This document shows, one piece after another, positions 51,286 through 59,285 of a DNA stretch of 64,000 nucleotides; the first letter of the stretch is position 1, and each line of letters opens with the position of its first letter. The stretch lies in contig JANRLW010000064.1 in the NCBI GenBank assembly GCA_033762295.1, positions 1 through 64,000 of the forward strand, written 5' to 3'. The DNA comes from Capsulimonadales bacterium. GTDB lineage: Bacteria; Armatimonadota; Armatimonadia; Armatimonadales; Armatimonadaceae. A model generated the notes under the pieces. It saw nothing but the letters and a program-made list of their open reading frames with translations. It was not told where the DNA came from and made no database searches. The translations under genes and the position numbers were made by a program.

Positions 51286-51493
51286 GCCGACCTGTCTCCG
51301 GAGCGATCCGGAAGAGCGGACCGGCGATCAGTATACGAAAAACGGGGTAAGACGGTCAAAAAACTTCCGAAGGTTTTGTCGCCGGACAGGGGCGACGGGG
51401 TTTACCGACCTTCCTGTCTCTGTGGAAGCTTTGCGGCGATCAGGTGAAAACATAACGCTGTTGCCACGATTTTATTCCTACTTTCGCCGCCAT

Positions 51494-51703
51494 CTTACGG
51501 GGTCGGCAAGCACGGAACGCAGGCGGGCGGCGGTGGCGGCGAACGGAGCGAAGGTCAAGAACCCCGGCAGGAAGCCGAAGCCGCTTTCGGAGTTCGCCTG
51601 TACCTGCGGGCGCGGCGACGCACTGGAAGGACACCCGACCACTTGCCCGCGTGGTCTGAACATTTACCGGCGGCGGAAGGCGGGGAAATTGAAGACCGTG
51701 TGA
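51494..51703 (+). pseudogene. 5'-truncated small basic CxC-H-C Zn-finger-like ORF, copy 1
   Basis: ...AAVAANGAKVKNPGRKPKPLSEFACTCGRGDALEGHPTTCPRGLNIYRRRKAGKLKTV*; homologous to 52884-53043. Confidence 0.55.
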
Positions 51704-51760
51704 AACTAAAACGCCCCGCTCATTCTGTATCGGCGGGACGCGACGGCTGTTCAGTACACA

Positions 51761-52258
51761 CTACGTTAATTCTAACTTAGAGAGGAACGTTTCAAAGTCT
51801 GGCGCTATAGTCCTGACCAATACAAACGGGTATTGCTCTGAATAAACGCTAATCACCTGCGGACTGTCGGCGTCTGTGTAGCAAAGCGCAACCCCGCCGT
51901 GTCCCTCATGGGATAGGACTACGCTACTTTTTGGATACCCCCACTGCTCTTTCAAACAATCGTTCCATAACTTGCCATTAACCACCCTGTTTATACCGTG
52001 CTGACTACAAATACCGAAAAGGGTGCTTACGGATATATACCCTTCCGTGTCCGCGTCTGGAAAACTCTCTGTGTCAGCACCTACATAGAAGCGATTGGGA
52101 TGAAGCAAGCCACCATTTCTAACTTTCAGAACAGCAGTTAGTGACTTAGGCAGGACGAAGCCAAGTTGCCGTTCCGCTTCGCTTAACATACTCGCAGTTA
52201 GCGGCGGACACGTCAAATCATCGTCTTGTATGTCCCAAAACAATTTCTGAATATCCAC
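51761..52258 (-). CDS. SMI1/KNR4 (SUKH) family immunity protein
   Basis: AERQLGFVLPKS...RNGG, QWGYP, GHGGVALCY and IAPDFETFL motifs. Confidence 0.85.
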   Translation of the reverse strand: MDIQKLFWDIQDDDLTCPPLTASMLSEAERQLGFVLPKSLTAVLKVRNGGLLHPNRFYVGADTESFPDADTEGYISVSTLFGICSQHGINRVVNGKLWNDCLKEQWGYPKSSVVLSHEGHGGVALCYTDADSPQVISVYSEQYPFVLVRTIAPDFETFLSKLELT

Positions 52259-52275
52259 TAATTATCAATACACTT

Positions 52276-52890
52276 TCAGAAATCGAAAATGTGAACCTTG
52301 TCCCACAGTTGCCGGTTGTTTAACAGGTAGTTCATTTCTGCTTCTGTAATCGGCGTGTCAGTGCCAATGTTCTTCGTATTGAACAGTATGCGCTTCGCGC
52401 CCTGCGCTTCCGCCGCAAAGCCAGCCGGGTCGTTAAGGATGTTGACCGATGTTCTTCTCGGAATGCCTAATCCTGACCGTGCGCCGCCCGCTAACTTAAA
52501 CTCTTGCATGAAGCGGTTCCAAGAGTTTGTCAGAACATTCCCCTTATTCGTACCTAAAACCAAGTCATAGCCACATTGGTTGTGAACCCAAATGCCGCCG
52601 TTTGCCTTGCCGACGAAATAGGTATGGTCGCCTTCTACCTCGAAGTTGTAGACCGCGACGCCTTCGGGGTGGCTCTCGCGGGTGATGGACTTGACCACAA
52701 GGGCGGGGCCAGCGCGGACAAGCACCTTCGTTCCGATGCCTAACTGCCCCATAGCAACCATGCCCCCGCCTTCCACGAAGAACGGGTGTTCCGGCGTCCC
52801 CTTGATGGTTTCCACTACCTTACCGGTTGTTGCGTCGGCGAACTCACCTTTGACCAATTCGTAGGCGGTTCGCTTGAACGTGCGGGTCAC
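52276..52890 (-). pseudogene. N-terminally truncated polymorphic toxin: Hint (PT-HINT) C-half plus ~100-aa uncharacterised toxin tip
   Basis: GTPEHPFFV and VYNFEVEGDHTYFVG...WVHN|QC; the first ~30 codons of the called ORF are antisense to another remnant. Confidence 0.8.
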
Positions 52891-53043
52891 CGTGCGAACG
52901 GTCGCCTTTCCAAGAACGGCGGCAGACCGTGTAAGCCGCTGGAAGACTACGCCTGCACTTGCGGCGGCGACGGTCTGGAACATCGGGCGTCCTGCCCGCG
53001 TGGTCAGGCGATATACCGGCGGCGCAAAGCGGGAAAGTTATAG
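52884..53043 (+). pseudogene. 5'-truncated small basic CxC-H-C Zn-finger-like ORF, copy 2
   Basis: ...HRANGRLSKNGGRPCKPLEDYACTCGGDGLEHRASCPRGQAIYRRRKAGKL*. Confidence 0.55.
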
Positions 53044-53053
53044 GAGCGGGCTT

Positions 53054-53563
53054 TTACAGCCGGTGCGCTCCGTGCGCTTCCGGGTCATAGCCGGAAGGCC
53101 ATACTGTGTTATCATTGAACTTCACTCCACTGAGCAGGGGCGAAGTTTCCGAAGGGGAACGCAGGTCAGCCAAACCGTTTACCAGCACCTTTGCCGCTTC
53201 AAGCGTAACCCCTTGCAGTGATGTTCCAATCACCGTTGCGCCGGTTAAATCGGCCCCTTGTAGAAGGGCATCGTCAAAAGTCGCGCAGTCAAGGTAAGCG
53301 GATTGCATCGTCGCATTGGTCAAGTTGGCTCTATGAAGGTAGGCATTCGTAAGGTTCGCGCCCGTTAAATCCGCGCCTGACAGGTCGGCTTCCCGAAGGT
53401 CGGCATTACGCAGGTCGGCACTACGTAGGGACGCTCCTTTAAGGTCGGCTCCGACAAGCCATGCACGGTGTAAATTCGCCCCGTCAAGGTTGGCTCCTTG
53501 TAGGGTGTCTACATCGAACGTTGCCATCACCTTTGCCGTTGTGTAGTCACGCACCTGGTACAC
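53054..53563 (-). CDS. Pentapeptide repeat protein
   Basis: Repeated A(D/N)LxG pentapeptides; GGGAGA RBS before GTG. Confidence 0.88.
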   Translation of the reverse strand: MYQVRDYTTAKVMATFDVDTLQGANLDGANLHRAWLVGADLKGASLRSADLRNADLREADLSGADLTGANLTNAYLHRANLTNATMQSAYLDCATFDDALLQGADLTGATVIGTSLQGVTLEAAKVLVNGLADLRSPSETSPLLSGVKFNDNTVWPSGYDPEAHGAHRL

Positions 53564-53728
53564 GGTAGTTCTCCCTGCAAAGTATAGCCCGTTCTAATGG
53601 GGCGTTTGTTGCGGCGCGTCAGGCGAACGGATACAAAGGCAGGGGAAGGCCACGTAAAGCCCGTACCTAAATGCCGCGTGACTGAACCGCAGACATTAAA
53701 AACATTGACAAGACATCACACCGGATTA

Positions 53729-54022
53729 TTAAGCAATATTATTGTTAATTACGCTCTTAACAAAGTCTTCAACAACCCGTCTTGCAGCACCCCAATCACT
53801 GAAGGCATATGTCTTCCAGTAGACTTGCGCTCCGCTGTCTACGTCAATTACTTCTAAATCACAACTCCCTAAGTCCCACAATGTAACTCGCGCCATCTTC
53901 ACCTCTGTCTCTACATCTAAGTAGGCAGAGTTATTTGCGTTCGTTACGAATGAAAGTGTAGCCGCGTCCGCTTCTCGGCTCCATTCATTGAACCATTGTC
54001 GGAATTGTTCAGTTAGCGCCAT
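53729..54022 (-). CDS. Immunity protein, TriTu-like
   Basis: SAYLDVET...MARVTLWDLGSCDLEVIDVDSG; overlaps the toxin stop codon; family recognised from memory. Confidence 0.65.
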   Translation of the reverse strand: MALTEQFRQWFNEWSREADAATLSFVTNANNSAYLDVETEVKMARVTLWDLGSCDLEVIDVDSGAQVYWKTYAFSDWGAARRVVEDFVKSVINNNIA

Positions 54023-54486
54023 TTGCTTGCTATCGGATTTATATTTTGTGCGGCAGGCATTTGTGGGATAGGCAAACCTTTACGAGCAGCCAAACGGCCT
54101 TGAAGAGAGTTCGGACCAATAATTTTTGCCCACCCTTCTGAAGTTGGAACAACAGATGAAGAAGGAACATCAAACTCAACATAAACAGAACCGGGTTTGG
54201 CTTGCCGTATGAAAGCATTCATGTCTGCTGGGTGAGCAACGTGTGTTGTACCACTTAGTACTACAGCGGCACATAGCCTGAAAAGCCGTCGGGAACCGTA
54301 AGAATAGTGTTATTGGTTGCGTCTGGAGCCTACCCCTGGCAGACGAAAAATCAACTGCGGCTGTAGTACTAGGCTTTCTGGAACCATGCCTGTTCGTTCC
54401 ATAGCAGCCAACTCATCAGGGTGCATCCATCGTCCTACTGTGGTAAGACAGTCGTTATGCACCCATGTCCCACCACTGGCTTTGCC
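54013..54486 (-). pseudogene. Hint tail plus TreTu-like ADP-ribosyltransferase toxin, interrupted by a MITE
   Basis: Manual translation GKASGGTWVHN|DCLTTVGRWMHPDELAAMERTGMVPESL[insertion]SGTTHVAHPADMNAFIRQAKPGSVYVEFDVP...WAKIIGPNS. Confidence 0.75.
54258..54369. mobile_element. 112-bp MITE with 14-bp terminal inverted repeats and TA target duplication
   Basis: TA|GTACTACAGCGGCA ... TGCGGCTGTAGTAC|TA (13/14 match); removal restores the toxin ORF. Confidence 0.85.
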
Positions 54487-54523
54487 AGCCGCCGGGAGGC
54501 GGCCAAGTTGTAGGGATTATTTG

Positions 54524-54781
54524 CTATGCTGGCAACGATGTTGGAGCAATAACCGTTAAGCCATAATCCTCTGCTAAGTATTCGACCTTACGGAACTCTT
54601 CGCTTGTAAGCCAAATATCTGCCTCTTCTTCAGACGCGAACGAGTAGAACTTTTGCTCAACCTGTATTGTTGCCGTCCCGTCAGTAAGGACATGGAGCAA
54701 CGCAAGATACAAAGTGCGCTGGTCGCTGTAGAATGCGGCATCGTCATACCACCATTCGGACCTAATCACAGACTGTTTCAT
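54524..54781 (-). CDS. Small acidic hypothetical protein (possible immunity protein)
   Basis: 85 aa, acidic/aromatic, co-oriented within the toxin-immunity array. Confidence 0.5.
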   Translation of the reverse strand: MKQSVIRSEWWYDDAAFYSDQRTLYLALLHVLTDGTATIQVEQKFYSFASEEEADIWLTSEEFRKVEYLAEDYGLTVIAPTSLPA

Positions 54782-55052
54782 AAGTATATGGTTCTATGGT
54801 AGTTACTGTGCAGGCTATAGAATCGTTTGCGTTGCCGTTCTTTGTCGATACCATTGCTTCGCTTTCGCCCCACAGACCGAACAGCGCGACGAAGGCGACC
54901 AATATGCCAACCGTCCACAGGGCGAACGGTCGGCGCGGCGCGTTCGTCACCGGCGGGGGCGTTGCCGCCGTCGTGTTCGGCTTCGGCGTCGCTATCTGCT
55001 TGGCTTTCTGCTCTTGCGCCTTCCGGTCGGCGCGTCTTTCTTCCCGGTTCAT
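54762..55052 (-). CDS. Hypothetical protein with one TM segment (possibly chimeric remnant)
   Basis: Basic N-terminus, Pro/Thr linker and TM; composition shifts near 54840. Confidence 0.35.
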   Translation of the reverse strand: MNREERRADRKAQEQKAKQIATPKPNTTAATPPPVTNAPRRPFALWTVGILVAFVALFGLWGESEAMVSTKNGNANDSIACTVTTIEPYTYETVCD

Positions 55053-55152
55053 GGCTTGCCGCCTAAAATGCCCGTTCACTGCCTCCCGACGGCAAACCCC
55101 CTTGCACAGAGCAAGCGGGGCGACTTCGTTGTCATTCCTGCTCAGAGGAGGG

Positions 55153-55455
55153 TTAGAAAATTGGCTTGCAGTTCTCGGCTACTTCCACCTTCCCGCCGCG
55201 GGCTTCAAAGCCGACGGCACGGTCCCTTAGAATAACCGTATCCTCGTACACGCTATCCGCGTTCACCTTTTCAATCTCGAAATTCGCCCCATCCCATCCT
55301 GTTGGGCCGCATAAAAAAGACAGGTCGGCACAGCTTATATGAAGGTTGCCCTTGCTTCCCTCACGTTCGACCCGGAGTGTCAGCACTCTATGGGAGACGG
55401 TGTACTCCCATATTTTGACTCTGCCTCCCCGCCACCTGTTGATAAGTGTTTCCAT
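55153..55455 (-). CDS. Hypothetical protein, probable immunity protein
   Basis: 100 aa directly downstream of a toxin-like remnant. Confidence 0.55.
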   Translation of the reverse strand: METLINRWRGGRVKIWEYTVSHRVLTLRVEREGSKGNLHISCADLSFLCGPTGWDGANFEIEKVNADSVYEDTVILRDRAVGFEARGGKVEVAENCKPIF

Positions 55456-55464
55456 GACAGGAAT

Positions 55465-55764
55465 TTACGGTATGGATACCGGGCTTCCTCCCAAGTAAAA
55501 AGGTGTTTTCGCATGGGAGGCCGGGTTAGTCATAATGTAGTGAAGTTCAGAATCGGTCATGTTTACCAAACGAAAACCGTCTGTTCCTTTCCGCACAGCA
55601 TTTTCCACACCTTCAACGCCCATACCATCAAGCGCAAAGTGGATATGACGCGCTCTGTGTACCGCGTGATGGAAAGCGCGTCCTCTACCCATTATCGTTG
55701 CTTCGCTCAACTTGTGAGTATAAAAACTCAAATCCGCACCGGATATTTTTTGTCCGTTAGCCAT
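55465..55764 (-). pseudogene. Polymorphic toxin C-terminal remnant (possibly chimeric)
   Basis: C-half IHFALDG...MTDSELHYIMTNP...KTPFY resembles the tip at 52276 (ILFNTKN...ITEAEMNYLLNN..LWDKVHIF). Confidence 0.5.
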
Positions 55765-55923
55765 CGCATTGCGCCTTCCGTTCCTCCGAAACGACCGGAC
55801 GGGCGCGGCGGGCGGTCCGGCAGGAAATCCGTCGAAACGAAACCGAAAAGGGCTCTGCGTTTCCCGTGCGGTTCAGGTTCTTTAGCGCGGAACGTTTCGC
55901 GGCGATAGTGGTATAACGAGACG

Positions 55924-57699
55924 ATGCTTCGACGATTCTTCGCCTATTATCGCCCCCATCTCGGGCTGTTCAGTCTGGACTTCTCCTGCGCGGTCCTCTC
56001 CGGTCTGCTCGAACTGGCCTTTCCGCTGGCCGTTCGCTCCTATGTCGATCAACTGCTGCCGAGCGGCAACTGGACCCTGATTCTGGGGGCGGCGGCGGGA
56101 TTGCTGCTGATCTATCTGATCAATACCGGTCTGCAATACGTCGTCAACTACTGGGGACACGTTCTCGGTATCTCCATCGAGACGGAGATGCGCCGTAAAA
56201 TTTTCGATCATCTGCAAAAACTATCCTTCCGGTTTTACGACAACCAGAAAACCGGGCATCTGGTCGCGCGGATTACCAAGGACCTGGAGGAGATCGGCGA
56301 GGTGGCGCACCACGGTCCGGAGGACGCCTTTATCGCCATCATGACCTTCCTGGGCTCCTTCGTCCTTATGTTCCAGCTGCATCCCCAACTGGCGCTGATC
56401 ACCGGGATTGTCGTCCCGCCGATGACCTTCATCTACACCCGCTACGGACGGGCGATGACCCAGACCATGCGGAACCTCTTCAGCCAGGTCGGGAATTTTA
56501 ACGCCCGCATCGAGGAGAACGTCGGCGGTATCCGCGTCGTGCAGGCGTTCGCCAACGAGGAGCACGAACGTAAACTTTTCGCCCTCGACAACGAAAAGTA
56601 CCGCGACACCAAGCTGGACGCCTACCGCCTGATGTCCCGCAGCATGTCGCTCAGCTACATGACCATGCGTATCGTCCAGCTCTTCGTCATGATCGCCGGC
56701 GCCTACTTCGTTCTGCGGAATCAACTGACGGTCGGCGGGTTTATGGGCTTCCTGCTGCTGGTGAACGTCTTCTTCCGCCCGGTCGAGAAGATCAACGCCG
56801 TGCTGGAGACCTATCCGAAGGGGATCGCCGGGTTCAAACGCTACACCGAACTGCTGGACACCGTGCCCGATATTCAGGACGCTCCGGACGCGATCGACGC
56901 CGGGCATCTTCGGGGGGATATCCGTCTGGAAAACGTCAGCTTCGGTTACGACACCCACAAAAAGGTGCTGAACGGGATCGATCTGACGATTCGTGCCGGG
57001 GAGACGATCGCCTTCGTCGGACCCAGTGGCGCGGGCAAGACGACGATCTGCTCCCTGGTGCCCCGCTTTTATGAGATCGACGGCGGACGCATCACCATCG
57101 ACGGCCTCGATCTGAGGACGTTGACGCTGGCCTCCCTGCGCCGGAATATCGGGATCGTTCAACAGGATGTCTTCCTGTTCGCCGGGTCGATCCGCGAGAA
57201 TATCGCCTACGGCCGACTGGAAGCGACCGAGGAGGAGATTTGGGACGCGGCCCGTCGGGCGCGTCTCGACGAGATGATCGAACGTCTGCCGGACGGACTC
57301 GACACGATCATTGGCGAACGGGGCGTCAAGCTGTCCGGCGGACAGAAGCAGCGACTCGCCATCGCCCGCATGTTCCTGAAGAATCCGCCGATCCTGATCC
57401 TGGATGAGGCGACCTCCGCCCTGGATACGGAGACCGAACGCGCGATCCAGGCGTCGCTTGCCGAACTGGCGGTAGGGCGTACGACCCTGGTGATCGCCCA
57501 TCGACTGGCGACAATCCGCAACGCCGATCGAATCGTGGTCGTGGACGAGTCCGGGGTGGCCGAACAGGGACGTCATCAGGACCTGCTGGCCCGTGGCGGC
57601 GTCTACGCCCGTCTGCACGAGGCGCAAAACGCTCCGCCGATCGGTATGGAGTCCGTCCGGACCGGGCGCAACCACCCCGGCGAACCGGTCAGGGTTTGA
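55924..57699 (+). CDS. ABC transporter ATP-binding/permease (exporter type)
   Basis: TM domain plus GPSGAGKTT, VQQD, LSGGQKQR, LDEATSALD and IAHRL motifs. Confidence 0.95.
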   Translation: MLRRFFAYYRPHLGLFSLDFSCAVLSGLLELAFPLAVRSYVDQLLPSGNWTLILGAAAGLLLIYLINTGLQYVVNYWGHVLGISIETEMRRKIFDHLQKLSFRFYDNQKTGHLVARITKDLEEIGEVAHHGPEDAFIAIMTFLGSFVLMFQLHPQLALITGIVVPPMTFIYTRYGRAMTQTMRNLFSQVGNFNARIEENVGGIRVVQAFANEEHERKLFALDNEKYRDTKLDAYRLMSRSMSLSYMTMRIVQLFVMIAGAYFVLRNQLTVGGFMGFLLLVNVFFRPVEKINAVLETYPKGIAGFKRYTELLDTVPDIQDAPDAIDAGHLRGDIRLENVSFGYDTHKKVLNGIDLTIRAGETIAFVGPSGAGKTTICSLVPRFYEIDGGRITIDGLDLRTLTLASLRRNIGIVQQDVFLFAGSIRENIAYGRLEATEEEIWDAARRARLDEMIERLPDGLDTIIGERGVKLSGGQKQRLAIARMFLKNPPILILDEATSALDTETERAIQASLAELAVGRTTLVIAHRLATIRNADRIVVVDESGVAEQGRHQDLLARGGVYARLHEAQNAPPIGMESVRTGRNHPGEPVRV

Positions 57700-57830
57700 G
57701 ATAGGGGGCGAGGACCTGCGTCCAGAGTTTGTACCCCTCCGGCGAAAGGTGAAGCCGGTCCGCGACGTACAGTTCCGGACGTGGCTCACCGTTCTCCCCG
57801 AGCATCGGGGTATGGACGTCCACGAACGCC
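57614..57830 (+). repeat. 217-bp direct repeat, left copy
   Basis: Identical to 62540-62756 except A57701 versus G62627. Confidence 0.95.
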
Positions 57831-57874
57831 GACCGGGTTTGTCGATGCCAGGTGTACGGGTTGGCGGCGGACCG

Positions 57875-59272
57875 CTATGACCTTTGGTTGTTTTGAAGTG
57901 CAGTCCGGGTCATCAGGTCGAGCACCTTTCCCCCTGGTGAGAGGCTGATGGCTGTATACCGATGGGCAAGAGCTATGGGTATCACGGCATTACGATAAAG
58001 ATCGCTCTCGAAATGATTGATCAACGCCAATGCTCGCGAAAGATTCGGGTAATTGGCCATGTCTGTCTTGAAAGTTTTGTGAAAACTCGGATTTCCACTT
58101 TTTGACGCTACCGGGTAAGGTATGCCAAAGACGAAGTTGCGTCCGCTCTTGCTTTTGTAAATGAAATCTTGCCCATAATAATCTTCATCCCCAAAGCCAT
58201 TCTTCGCCTCCGTCCTCTGAACAATATGTTCATACCGGTAATCGTCGGCGATGGGAAGGATGCGTTCGCGCGGTACATATTTCTCGATTAGAGTAACGTG
58301 GTCGACAACTTGTCCCGTCTTTTGAAGGCCAATCATCAGAAGGTCAGGACGACCAAGGGAGTGAAGTTTCTTTCGGACGGTATCCAAGTAAGACATGATC
58401 GCACGGCTTAACCAGGCACCGTTGCCGAACACGGCCAGCGGCCCATCCATAAAGAAAGCGACATCCCCCAGTACATTGGGCATTATTTTCATCATGTGTC
58501 GAGCCCAGTGAATCGGTAGCATATGCTCCACTTGGAGCATACACCGGGAAAGTGCCTGATAGCTGGACTGGAAATCGCTGACCTCTTCCCAGAGACGGAG
58601 GCAATCCGACGGATAGATTTCGTTTTTGCAAGCCGGGCAGAATTGCGGTTCAGGAACATCCTTCACCTTTACGTCTTGTTCAGAGCAGGACGGACACCGC
58701 GACACGGTTAATGTCATCGTATCCCTACCGCCATGGCGGTGGCTTGCGAGATGAAATAATGTGGTACGAAGGCTCGTGTCTGGATCATTCGCCACAAAAC
58801 GCGTATTCTCACCATAAAGGTAGGCGTCGAGAACAGCGCGGAAACTATCCCGGACGGATTTCTTCCCTTTGAGAACGTTAGCACTCGGCAAGACGATCAA
58901 GAGTGAATCCTTGTTGCGTTGCAATGCGGCAACCTTAAAAGGATCAACAAACTTCCGGTCCGGCGTACGCAGATCACCGAACTCCGAAAGCATGATCATC
59001 ATGGCACTGACCTTGATGTAGCCTACTTTGCTACTCGGAAGTTTGTCATCTATACTCGATTCGTGAACGCTTCCATCCACTGCGACAATTCGCTCCGGGA
59101 GCGTCTGCGGGTCGCCGAGGGCGGTCGGCGAAAACATTTCGGCAATCGCCTGCCCTTCCTCATCCGACGGTTCTCGCAGGTATTCGCACTCCGCAAGAAA
59201 CGCCGCGACATCCGGATTCTTGATGATGTCGGAATGAGACGCCTTATTGGCAAATTCCCCTTGGTATGGCAT
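57875..59272 (-). CDS. NurA-like nuclease with Zn-ribbon insertion (start 59272)
   Basis: IVAVDGS, QVEHML, FFMDGPL, IGLQKTG and IPIALAHRY motifs; CPSC...CPAC; GGAGG RBS. Confidence 0.8.
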   Translation of the reverse strand: MPYQGEFANKASHSDIIKNPDVAAFLAECEYLREPSDEEGQAIAEMFSPTALGDPQTLPERIVAVDGSVHESSIDDKLPSSKVGYIKVSAMMIMLSEFGDLRTPDRKFVDPFKVAALQRNKDSLLIVLPSANVLKGKKSVRDSFRAVLDAYLYGENTRFVANDPDTSLRTTLFHLASHRHGGRDTMTLTVSRCPSCSEQDVKVKDVPEPQFCPACKNEIYPSDCLRLWEEVSDFQSSYQALSRCMLQVEHMLPIHWARHMMKIMPNVLGDVAFFMDGPLAVFGNGAWLSRAIMSYLDTVRKKLHSLGRPDLLMIGLQKTGQVVDHVTLIEKYVPRERILPIADDYRYEHIVQRTEAKNGFGDEDYYGQDFIYKSKSGRNFVFGIPYPVASKSGNPSFHKTFKTDMANYPNLSRALALINHFESDLYRNAVIPIALAHRYTAISLSPGGKVLDLMTRTALQNNQRS

Positions 59273-59285
59273 CCCTCTATCCTCC

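Larger units (their letters stand above)
51450..55770. mobile_element. AT-richer island: array of orphan polymorphic toxin tips and immunity genes (boundaries approximate)
   Basis: Visible composition shift; Hint fragments, SMI1/KNR4, TreTu/TriTu-like pair; no integrase in the window. Confidence 0.75.

Noticed and set aside
52891..52983. ATG at 52983 as the true start of the Hint-toxin
   Set aside because: This stretch is the antisense of the small Zn-finger remnant, and the Hint N-terminal Cys motif is missing, so the toxin is a fragment.
54488..55093. 13-bp imperfect inverted repeat (GCCGCCGGGAGGC / GCCTCCCGACGGC) as possible element ends
   Set aside because: Short and GC-rich with no target duplication or transposase; may be chance.
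11595..57789. Many long overlapping antisense ORFs (e.g. 11595-13094, 14253-15854, 29708-31270, 38422-40395, 45109-46458, 56221-57789)
   Set aside because: Expected in GC-rich DNA opposite real genes; they have no motifs and Arg/Gly-rich shadow composition.
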